From a virus, in the IMG/VR virus record IMGVR_UViG_3300031787_000005: a DNA stretch of 64,000 nucleotides; one strand, 5' to 3'. Made by a program: the position numbers and the translations under genes. Below, one piece after another: positions 56,642 to 63,301 of this stretch. The notes below the pieces were generated by a model, which saw nothing but the letters and a program-made list of their open reading frames with translations, did no database searches and had not been told where the DNA came from. Each line of letters starts with the position of its first letter. Within the stretch, counting starts at the first letter, position 1.

Positions 56642-56790
56642 CAGTAGGTCACAAGTGCAGCAACTTTATCATACAACTGGGCAACATTTACACCCACGAT
56701 TTCACTCACTTCATCCCAATCTTCATGGAACTCAATGAGATCCAGAAGGGCACGAATCTCGTCTTGAGTGAGAGAAAGAACTTCAGACAT
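56641..56790 (-). CDS. Early acidic hypothetical protein, 49 aa (MSEVLSLTQDEIRALLDLIEFHEDW...)
   Basis: Hand-translated; TGATG coupling. Confidence 0.6.
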   Translation of the reverse strand: MSEVLSLTQDEIRALLDLIEFHEDWDEVSEIVGVNVAQLYDKVAALVTY

Positions 56791-56792
56791 GT

Positions 56793-56921
56793 TCAGTAAT
56801 CGTAGTTAGCGTTCAGGTACTCATTGACATCGAACTTCTCAGTATCACGAAGTTCGGGAATGTCGAGGTCAAAAATCTCACCAGGCATGTCTTGGATTTC
56901 GGACCAGAGTTCATCAAACAT
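56793..56921 (-). CDS. Early acidic hypothetical protein, 42 aa (MFDELWSEIQDMPGEIFDLDIPE...)
   Basis: 3' part of a track ORF, just after the -10 at 56944-56949. Confidence 0.6.
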   Translation of the reverse strand: MFDELWSEIQDMPGEIFDLDIPELRDTEKFDVNEYLNANYDY

Positions 56922-56943
56922 TGTGTGTCTCTCAGGAACAAAC

Positions 56944-57005
56944 GTAGTATGGCACGAATCGGGGGGTCTCACAACCCCCCTTGTGCCACTTCTCAAAGTG
57001 ACCCA
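56944..57005 (-). promoter_or_regulatory. Palindrome-type promoter (dyad 56982-57005, -10 TACTAC)
   Basis: TGTGCCACT-TCTCAA-AGTGACCCA; 32 nt to the -10 box. Confidence 0.65.
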
Positions 57006-57178
57006 TTCTCGTCCAGAATGCCCCAATTAATAGAATTACCGTAGAACCCAATGTATACACGACCAATTGAGAATCCGATGATTTCTTCACACTCATCGTT
57101 CAACTTGGTCATCATATCACGAAAGTCAATGTTGAAGTAGAAGTAATCAGAAATCGCAACAGGAGTGGTGAATTTCAT
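56993..57178 (-). CDS. Early hypothetical protein, 61 aa (MKFTTPVAISDYFYFNIDF...)
   Basis: 3' part of a track ORF; stop in the palindrome spacer. Confidence 0.6.
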   Translation of the reverse strand: MKFTTPVAISDYFYFNIDFRDMMTKLNDECEEIIGFSIGRVYIGFYGNSINWGILDENGSL

Positions 57179-57201
57179 GAGTGTTTCAGGTGAACGAATG
57201 T

Positions 57202-57261
57202 AATGTAGAACGGATCGGGGAGAATGTCTAGGGGGTTTGTGCCAGTTCCCCGACTGGCACA
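57202..57261 (-). promoter_or_regulatory. Palindrome-type promoter (dyad 57238-57261, -10 TACATT)
   Basis: TGTGCCAGT-TCCCCG-ACTGGCACA; 30 nt to the -10 box. Confidence 0.75.
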
Positions 57262-57269
57262 CGAGTTAA

Positions 57270-57404
57270 CTATACAAACTCCGCAAGGTAATAGTCTAAC
57301 GGCAGCTCAAGTTCTGCTGCTTTCTGTTCCCAAGAATCCCATTCTTGCTGGGAAGCATCATTCAGGAAATCTTCCCGAGTATACTCAAATGCAGGACCAC
57401 ACAT
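57270..57404 (-). CDS. Early acidic hypothetical protein, 44 aa (...KAAELELPLDYYLAEFV)
   Basis: 3' part of a track ORF. Confidence 0.6.
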   Translation of the reverse strand: MCGPAFEYTREDFLNDASQQEWDSWEQKAAELELPLDYYLAEFV

Positions 57405-57406
57405 AA

Positions 57407-57565
57407 TCAGATCACCGAAACGTTGACTTCTTTGATGTTCAAACCACAGAGTTGATTGTATACTCGCTTGCTGATAATGTCGCAAGCATTCTTGAGTTTT
57501 GAACGCTCATACCAAATAGTACACAAACCATCGTAAGTTTCAACGCGGATCCTGATGTCTTTCAA
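57407..57565 (-). CDS. Early hypothetical protein, 52 aa (TTG start, KDIRIRVETYDG...)
   Basis: 3' part of a track ORF, downstream of the -10 at 57589-57594. Confidence 0.55.
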   Translation of the reverse strand: MKDIRIRVETYDGLCTIWYERSKLKNACDIISKRVYNQLCGLNIKEVNVSVI

Positions 57566-57588
57566 GGTGAATTCCCGACGACGAATGT

Positions 57589-57648
57589 AGAATATCCCAC
57601 GACGTGGGCAATTGCAACTAGTCTTGTGACAGTTCAAAAAGTGGCACA
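57589..57648 (-). promoter_or_regulatory. Palindrome-type promoter (dyad 57625-57648, -10 TATTCT)
   Basis: TGTGACAGT-TCAAAA-AGTGGCACA; 30 nt to the -10 box. Confidence 0.7.
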
Positions 57649-57695
57649 AGATCGATTGAATTCCGACGATCCACGTGCTAACAGGGAATTATACC

Positions 57696-57749
57696 ATTCT
57701 CAATAAGCGAGACCTTATTGAGAATCAATAATATTATATTATTGAGAAT
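57696..57749. repeat. ATTCTCAATAA inverted-repeat cluster (left)
   Basis: ATTCTCAATAA at 57696, TTATTGAGAAT at 57715 and 57739. Confidence 0.8.
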
Positions 57750-57773
57750 AAGACCAATCTTTAAACTGGCACA

Positions 57774-57932
57774 TCAGAAGATATCGCTGTAATCTTTGAT
57801 GCTAACATTCACATCTTCATCACCTTCTAGGTGTAGGATCTCACGCCAATTGATATCTTCTAGTTCTAGATCATCATAACACATGAGGTCTAGCGTGATA
57901 CGTACCACGCGCTTTGTATGTGTGTTAGGCAT
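57774..57932 (-). CDS. First early gene, 52 aa acidic (MPNTHTKRVVRITLDLMCYDDLELEDINW...)
   Basis: Hand-translated; preceded by a consensus sigma70 promoter. Confidence 0.65.
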   Translation of the reverse strand: MPNTHTKRVVRITLDLMCYDDLELEDINWREILHLEGDEDVNVSIKDYSDIF

Positions 57933-57956
57933 AAGAATCTCGTGCGTGTTTACTTG

Positions 57957-57985
57957 ATTATATCATGCATAATGACGATATGCAA
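57957..57985 (-). promoter_or_regulatory. sigma70 promoter TTGCAT-17-TATAAT (leftward)
   Basis: -35 at 57985-57980, -10 at 57962-57957. Confidence 0.7.
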
Positions 57986-58019
57986 GCGTTTCGTAATCTT
58001 GCCCATCTCGTGCATAATC

Positions 58020-58269
58020 CTCGTCGAGATCTGCATCTTGTGCATAATACTCGTCGAGATCGTATGTGTAATCTGATGCGTATGTATAGTCGAGATCGTA
58101 GTCGTCGTACATAATGCTCGTCGAGATTTGTATGATGCTTATGAATTATAGCATAAAGCTCGACGAGATTGCAAGCCCTTATGATGCACACGTCTCGTCG
58201 AGATTCATAAGAGTATATATGCATTCTCGTCGAGATTTGTTAAGAAATGCTTATAAGTCTCGTCGAGAT
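58020..58269 (+). repeat. Array of CTCG(T/A)CGAGAT direct repeats
   Basis: Copies at 58020, 58050, 58117, 58159 (A variant), 58194, 58226, 58259; partial copy at 58089. Confidence 0.9.
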
Positions 58270-58306
58270 TTGTGTGGGTCTCCTGGCATTTTTGCGGCGG
58301 TGGCAC

Positions 58307-58335
58307 TTGACAAACTGCGCGTCTTATGATACGCT
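58307..58335 (+). promoter_or_regulatory. sigma70 promoter TTGACA-17-TACGCT with extended TG (rightward)
   Basis: -35 at 58307-58312, TG at 58327-58328, -10 at 58330-58335; no ORF downstream. Confidence 0.55.
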
Positions 58336-58429
58336 CGCTTAGCTCACAAGACCCAGAGGCATTTATGAGACTTTATAAGCATTTAGAGAGCATAAAGATC
58401 GACCATTTATGAAACCTTTAGAACACCTT

Positions 58430-58482
58430 ATTCTCAACTATATTCTCAATTGATTCTCATTAATTATCACCTTATTGAGAAT
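58430..58482. repeat. ATTCTCAA repeat cluster (right), followed by an AT-rich tract
   Basis: ATTCTCAA at 58430 and 58442, ATTCTCAT at 58453, TTATTGAGAAT at 58472. Confidence 0.75.
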
Positions 58483-58536
58483 GTTATAAAACACTAACAT
58501 ATATTTTTTAATACCTTTTTTAATTAAATTTACATT

Positions 58537-58557
58537 AAAAAACCCCTAAAATGGGGT
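58537..58557 (-). terminator. Rho-independent terminator after the Cys-cluster gene
   Basis: Minus strand ACCCC-ATTTTA-GGGGT followed by a T-run. Confidence 0.6.
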
Positions 58558-58564
58558 AATTTGG

Positions 58565-59383
58565 TTAATTTTCGGTATTTTCACTCTTTCTCGGTCTACC
58601 TCTCCGTTTTGGAATAGGATGCTCTTCTTCCACCTCTTCATGGACATTCTCAAGAGTATTCAATGCAATCTCATCAATAATAGAATCAATCAATTGTGCT
58701 GTCTCTGTATCCTCTTCAGTCTGTGATGATTCTTCTTCCTCTAATGTGTCTGGGTCAATACCTTGTGCAATTAGACGTTCTCTTTCCATTTTTCTCCACA
58801 TTACTAATTCGGGAGAATCATCCTGTAGAGCAACATGATCAACAAAACCTACACGTTGCATTTCCTGTTCTGCAACCATTTGACGATGTGCTAATACCTC
58901 TTCCTCAGTATAATTTGGTTCTTCAGGTGTTGGATCAAACTCCCACATTGAACCATTCCAATACCAATACAATGTACGACTATCAGGTTCTGGCATTGTC
59001 CAACTATACTTTGTTCCTAATTCCTTTTGATGTGGGAATCGGGGACGATCAATTTCTGGATCTGGATTCAGGACCTTTTCCTTAACTTGTTCAAATCCAG
59101 ATTCTAACCAATCCTGTTCACTAATTGTCCATTTCTCAATTGGGCATGATTCTAATGAGAACCTTACCTTATAAGCAAGGAAACATCCACAATGACGGCA
59201 ACGTCCTTGTTTACCATCAAAGTAAGGACATTCTCTACAAATATCTAAACGTTGATTTTGAATCTCCTGACTTACAAACAACTTCTCATGTCCATTGGCA
59301 AATGCTTCTTTAATCACTTCAAATGTGAACTTTGCCAGATTCTTACCTTGTTCTCCTAATGAAGGATATTCCTGTTCAGCCAT
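58565..59383 (-). CDS. Hypothetical protein with Cys cluster (CRECPYF..GRCRHCGCFL..K.....SCPIEKW) and acidic tail
   Basis: ORF track; six conserved-looking Cys residues. Confidence 0.75.
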   Translation of the reverse strand: MAEQEYPSLGEQGKNLAKFTFEVIKEAFANGHEKLFVSQEIQNQRLDICRECPYFDGKQGRCRHCGCFLAYKVRFSLESCPIEKWTISEQDWLESGFEQVKEKVLNPDPEIDRPRFPHQKELGTKYSWTMPEPDSRTLYWYWNGSMWEFDPTPEEPNYTEEEVLAHRQMVAEQEMQRVGFVDHVALQDDSPELVMWRKMERERLIAQGIDPDTLEEEESSQTEEDTETAQLIDSIIDEIALNTLENVHEEVEEEHPIPKRRGRPRKSENTEN

Positions 59384-59425
59384 GTTTTTTGAATAAAAAA
59401 TGCACGTATACTAATTATAACACAA

Positions 59426-60550
59426 TTATTGATAAAGTCCTCTGATATTCGTCGTTGATCCACTGACGGTGTAATTAGCACCAGTAATTGCTCTTCCTGC
59501 AGTTCCACCATTGAATGCATCAGTACCAGCAGAATTAGTACCCCAATCGGCACCATTGGATCCTCTTTGTCCATCAAATCCATTTCCACCATAAGTTGGG
59601 CAACCACCTGGGGATCCTGAATTTGGTCCTTCTGATTGTCCTAATGTCGCAGAATCAGTCCTTGTTAAAGTATAACCCTGACCATTTCCTCCTCCACCTC
59701 CAGCACCACCAGGGGCACCAGGAACTGAGAATACTTGTGGATATGTGCATTGACGATAATAGTAGTAATAAGTCGGTCCTTTGAAATACTGGGCACAAAT
59801 ACCATTATTAATACAACCATTATCGGAAGAGGCACCAGCAGAACATCCAGGGCAATTGTTACAATCTTGTCCAGTGTTCTGATTATAATATGTCGTACAT
59901 TGTCCAGATGATCCTGTTGCTCCTACGGCACCTCTGGATCCACCAGCTCCACCACCCCAGATTCTGGCAGTTCCTCCTACAATGATCTCAACAGGTCCAC
60001 CAGATGGTGAATTCACAAATAGGGCAGGTCCACCATTATTACCTTGTCCACTTCCACTGCTCTTTAATGCACCAGTTCCACCCTGCCCATAGATATTTCC
60101 ATTGACCAGAATCTGTAAATTAAATGCCGTCGCATTGAATGATGCTCCATAGGCACCAGTCGAAACATTACCACAGGTTCCTTCAATGAAGATTCTCTTT
60201 TTAATGTTCTTTGCCAGATTATTATTCCAGTATACCGATGCATCTAAATTAATACCATTCGCAGATGGTGTTCCTGCCGTGTTTTGATCCGTATTTGATT
60301 GAATAATATCATAACGCTTAATCGAATAACGGAATTGCTGTGTCTTCCAGTTTGTTTGTGTCGTTGTAATTGCATCGTTTTCGGTGCAGTTCGGTACGAT
60401 AGGATTGGTATTATTGGTCGGAAGAATTCTCAATAGTTCTGATGCAGAAATCTTCCCAGGATTCGCTGGTTCCTGAAAATTAGTTCTTAATGATGAAAAT
60501 GTAATCGGACCAGATGAATATAATGGTGTTGTTGATATGGCAACTGACAT
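59426..60550 (-). CDS. Glycine-rich gp38-type adhesin/tail-fibre tip-like protein
   Basis: NIYGQGGTG, GGPALFVN, RIWGGGAGG, GGGGGNG, GGTAGRAITG motifs; own late promoter TAAATA at 60576-60581. Confidence 0.6.
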   Translation of the reverse strand: MSVAISTTPLYSSGPITFSSLRTNFQEPANPGKISASELLRILPTNNTNPIVPNCTENDAITTTQTNWKTQQFRYSIKRYDIIQSNTDQNTAGTPSANGINLDASVYWNNNLAKNIKKRIFIEGTCGNVSTGAYGASFNATAFNLQILVNGNIYGQGGTGALKSSGSGQGNNGGPALFVNSPSGGPVEIIVGGTARIWGGGAGGSRGAVGATGSSGQCTTYYNQNTGQDCNNCPGCSAGASSDNGCINNGICAQYFKGPTYYYYYRQCTYPQVFSVPGAPGGAGGGGGNGQGYTLTRTDSATLGQSEGPNSGSPGGCPTYGGNGFDGQRGSNGADWGTNSAGTDAFNGGTAGRAITGANYTVSGSTTNIRGLYQ

Positions 60551-60574
60551 CGAAATTGAACGCTATTCTTTCTC

Positions 60575-60850
60575 CTATTTAGAATTACTCTTTGTATTTT
60601 CGGTGTAAGGTACCCGTCCGGTCTCCTGATACATTACCATGTCATACTTGAACTTACATTCCATTGGTTTCTGATTACACAACTTAAGAGTCGAATTGAT
60701 CGTTGATTGTGTATAGGCATTCGATCCCAGTGCAAAACTGATCATACCTGTCAGAATGAGTGCAGGATAATACACCAGTTTACTTTTCACTGAAACACTG
60801 GTACGATTTCCGAGTTCAGGTATCCGTTCTTCTGTACGTGTTGTTCCCAT
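60575..60850 (-). CDS. Hypothetical membrane/secreted protein
   Basis: ORF track; hydrophobic stretch LVYYPALILTGMISFALG. Confidence 0.65.
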   Translation of the reverse strand: MGTTRTEERIPELGNRTSVSVKSKLVYYPALILTGMISFALGSNAYTQSTINSTLKLCNQKPMECKFKYDMVMYQETGRVPYTENTKSNSK

Positions 60851-60862
60851 AATGATGCATCC

Positions 60863-61114
60863 TCAATGTTGTAAAATACTGCTGTTTGTTTTGTTTGTTT
60901 GTCCTTTTTCTGTTTGTAGTAGATAACTTGGTACTTCATAATGATCATTCCAATGTCTTATGACCCCTGCGATAATAAAACAATTAGTAAGAAGATAAGA
61001 AAGGAATATAAAAGTCCGTACACCAGCAATGTAGTCTGCTTCTCTGTCATTTTTCGTCGCCTTCTCCCCTAATGCTTTCGCCCACCATCTCCACATAGAC
61101 TTTCTCTTCTTCAT
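60863..61114 (-). CDS. Small membrane protein (MWRWWAKALGEKA)
   Basis: ORF track; one TM segment. Confidence 0.7.
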   Translation of the reverse strand: MKKRKSMWRWWAKALGEKATKNDREADYIAGVRTFIFLSYLLTNCFIIAGVIRHWNDHYEVPSYLLQTEKGQTNKTNSSILQH

Positions 61115-61337
61115 AGACAGATTCCCTTGACTTCACATACGTTAATTCATCCCATTGAGTATGATAGCACAGAACTAATAAACGATTGTTCTTATGAATA
61201 CTACAGGCATTATAGTTCTCTTGTGTTTTAGGTCTTACCCAAGATTCAATCGTGATGTATTGTTGATCTTTAAAATACACCCATCCTTCAATATGATCTT
61301 TCCATAGTACATAATCGTTCACCTGTGGTTCATACAT
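61047..61337 (-). CDS. Hypothetical protein (MYEPQVNDYVLW)
   Basis: ORF track. Confidence 0.7.
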   Translation of the reverse strand: MYEPQVNDYVLWKDHIEGWVYFKDQQYITIESWVRPKTQENYNACSIHKNNRLLVLCYHTQWDELTYVKSRESVYEEEKVYVEMVGESIRGEGDEK

Positions 61338-61617
61338 ACGCTGCCTCCAGTGGTGTTTGCTTTGGGACCATTGCAGAATATGGACTGGTCCGTTCTATAC
61401 TAACAACGTTTCCGATCGTGTTGGAATTAACTGGGGCATGATAGGTTCGGGTTTTGGTGTTGTAGAATCCCCAGATAGATCGTACAGGAGTGCCCCCGTT
61501 ATAATCAAACCGAGTGCCATTCCAAATCCAAATAGAAATGACATTTCGTTTGAAGTCTTCATACTCATAACGATAACCTTCGGGTGCCTTGTGTGGGAAT
61601 TCAATAGTCATCACCAT
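61330..61617 (-). CDS. Hypothetical protein (IEFPHKAPEGYRY)
   Basis: ORF track. Confidence 0.7.
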   Translation of the reverse strand: MVMTIEFPHKAPEGYRYEYEDFKRNVISIWIWNGTRFDYNGGTPVRSIWGFYNTKTRTYHAPVNSNTIGNVVSIERTSPYSAMVPKQTPLEAAYV

Positions 61618-61903
61618 ATTCTAATCCAGATTCGGCATTCATCAATTCAACAGTTGTCTGATACCCCTTGGCAATCGTTAGTTCATGAGTCTTTCCGATG
61701 TCCTGTAAGGTTTCAACATCGAACTCTGGTGCAGTGATCCAACTAAAACCTTTGCCAAATGTGTTATCAGGATTAACCACATACCAATGACAAGAAGTGT
61801 CAGGGACGAATACAGAACATTTCTTCCAATCATTGTCCCATTGAGGTACTTGAACAAATGATAGTGCGGCAAACAGAATTGCAAACAGACTTGAGAACAT
61901 CAT
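61601..61903 (-). CDS. Hypothetical secreted protein
   Basis: ORF track; N-terminal signal-like sequence. Confidence 0.65.
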   Translation of the reverse strand: MMFSSLFAILFAALSFVQVPQWDNDWKKCSVFVPDTSCHWYVVNPDNTFGKGFSWITAPEFDVETLQDIGKTHELTIAKGYQTTVELMNAESGLEYGDDY

Positions 61904-62058
61904 TCACAAAGATAAACTTTTAGATACTCTGGATTGATACCACCAGAGAGTAGTGTATTTAGAACTTCATCACATTGCTCTTTGGTTAGATTGTCGGCAA
62001 CTGCTTCCCATCCACCAGTGTAGTTTTGAAGAATTTTGTAACGTTTGTCTTCGGTCAT
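61900..62058 (-). CDS. Small hypothetical protein, 52 aa (MTEDKRYKILQNYTGGW...)
   Basis: Hand-translated; fills the gap with an ATGA overlap. Confidence 0.6.
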   Translation of the reverse strand: MTEDKRYKILQNYTGGWEAVADNLTKEQCDEVLNTLLSGGINPEYLKVYLCE

Positions 62059-62060
62059 GA

Positions 62061-62306
62061 TCAGGTCAGGAAGATGTCAATAACTCTGGACTCTTCATCA
62101 TCGACAAGTGCAAATTTTGGTGCCTTGACGATGTTAGGCATGACGCGATCTTCATATTGTGGATCAAATGGATTGGTTTCACCTTCATCAAAATTGGTGA
62201 GAAGATCAAAGCATTCTTGATCATCTTCGGCAATCACACTGATCATGCCACCATACTCAGAAGAGGGGAACGGAACCCAATAATCAACAAGATAAATGTA
62301 CTTCAT
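62061..62306 (-). CDS. Hypothetical protein (YLVDYWVPFPSSEYGG)
   Basis: ORF track. Confidence 0.7.
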   Translation of the reverse strand: MKYIYLVDYWVPFPSSEYGGMISVIAEDDQECFDLLTNFDEGETNPFDPQYEDRVMPNIVKAPKFALVDDEESRVIDIFLT

Positions 62307-62319
62307 TTGTTTTTCTAAA

Positions 62320-62490
62320 TTACTCCTTAATTTTAGATGAATGATTCAGATTTGTCAACTGACGTTGGAGTTCAACTTGTGCAGGAATGAGATGAGAATA
62401 TAGAAAATGTTGATACTCATTACCTTCAAGCAGTGATGTCAGATTATCAATCTGCATGAGAGCAAAGATCAGTTTCGTCTGTTCGTTCAT
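62320..62490 (-). CDS. Small hypothetical protein, 56 aa (MNEQTKLIFALMQIDNL...)
   Basis: Hand-translated. Confidence 0.6.
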   Translation of the reverse strand: MNEQTKLIFALMQIDNLTSLLEGNEYQHFLYSHLIPAQVELQRQLTNLNHSSKIKE

Positions 62491-62669
62491 ACAAACTCAG
62501 AAATGTAATAATCAACAGACACATTCATCTCTGCTGCTTGACGTTCAAAGTAACTCTTTGTATATTTTCGTGCTGCTTCACGTCTCACATAGTTTTGGAC
62601 TTCGACATCAGCATGTTTCATAAAGTCTTCAAAAGCAGTCATAAACTGCTTGATGTCTTCATCGTTCAT
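62487..62669 (-). CDS. Small hypothetical protein, 60 aa (MNDEDIKQF...AAEMNVSVDYYISEFV)
   Basis: 3' part of track ORF 62487..62720. Confidence 0.6.
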   Translation of the reverse strand: MNDEDIKQFMTAFEDFMKHADVEVQNYVRREAARKYTKSYFERQAAEMNVSVDYYISEFV

Positions 62670-62796
62670 TTGCACATCCAATGGTTTGACAATAATAGGA
62701 CTCGAACATGCGATTGTCACGTTGAATTAACCAATAGTTGTAACTCAACATGCCAATCGCAATCAATACACCATAGAACACATACTTCCGTGTCAT
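62659..62796 (-). CDS. Small membrane protein, 45 aa (MTRKYVFYGVLIAIGMLSYNYWLIQRD...)
   Basis: Hand-translated; TGATG coupling. Confidence 0.55.
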   Translation of the reverse strand: MTRKYVFYGVLIAIGMLSYNYWLIQRDNRMFESYYCQTIGCANER

Positions 62797-63059
62797 CAGC
62801 AGGCACCATAGAAAGGATTACCAGTTTGGGGCAGGTTTTGATTGTCACCCGTCACCACATAATCATATGCCAGGCGCTCACGAATGGCAACTGCCTTCTC
62901 CACACGATTCAGATACTTCTTGGAAACCTGATCCACACCTTTCCAGGAGAGAATTTGCATACACCATTCGGTGCTGATGTCACCGAAAGGAGTTTGGACA
63001 GGATAGAAACCGACCAGCATCGTGCCATCCTTAGACTGGAGAGTGGGGAAGTCGATCAT
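62796..63059 (-). CDS. Hypothetical protein, 87 aa
   Basis: ORF track; -10 TATAAT at 63085-63090. Confidence 0.7.
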   Translation of the reverse strand: MIDFPTLQSKDGTMLVGFYPVQTPFGDISTEWCMQILSWKGVDQVSKKYLNRVEKAVAIRERLAYDYVVTGDNQNLPQTGNPFYGAC

Positions 63060-63084
63060 GGGGGCGTCCCTCGATTACCTTAGT

Positions 63085-63143
63085 ATTATAGGTCAGAAGG
63101 ACGGCACCACGTCGTTCCGTAGACCAGTTTGGGAACTGTCCAT
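63085..63143 (-). promoter_or_regulatory. Variant palindrome-type promoter (dyad 63120-63143, -10 TATAAT)
   Basis: TAGACCAGT-TTGGGA-ACTGTCCAT; 29 nt to the -10 box. Confidence 0.5.
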
Positions 63144-63296
63144 CCGCTCCCAGACGCTGTAGAGTTTGTTATAAAGTGCAGGCACACTTCCATATTCCCG
63201 TGCAATTCTATTTTCCTCACGGAGATTCAATTCCTGCAGTGCAGATAGAATAATGCCCATTTCATGGACATTTAGTTGTACGTTCGTTTCGATCAT
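63093..63296 (-). CDS. Hypothetical protein (MIETNVQLNVHEMGIILSAL)
   Basis: ORF track; downstream start chosen. Confidence 0.65.
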   Translation of the reverse strand: MIETNVQLNVHEMGIILSALQELNLREENRIAREYGSVPALYNKLYSVWERMDSSQTGLRNDVVPSF

Positions 63297-63301
63297 TGTT
63301 T

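Noticed and set aside
57750-57773. Half-site ACTGGCACA next to the stop of 57774-57932
   Set aside because: Left arm is degenerate and there is no -10 box 30 nt downstream; possibly a relic.
58020-58269. CRISPR or TIGR-like guide array interpretation
   Set aside because: Repeats are only 11 bp, unit lengths are irregular (about 28-42 nt), no cas or Nop-domain gene was recognised nearby, and the flanking promoters point away from the array.
57958-58329. Track ORFs 57958..58224 (-) and 58114..58329 (+)
   Set aside because: They read through the repeat array and give repetitive SRR/RD peptides; likely spurious.
53400-58560. tRNA genes in the non-coding or GC-rich stretches
   Set aside because: No cloverleaf with a TTCGA T-loop and acceptor stem was found by eye; tRNAscan-SE would confirm.
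59426-60550. Diversity-generating retroelement target
   Set aside because: No reverse transcriptase and no near-identical template repeat was seen in the window.
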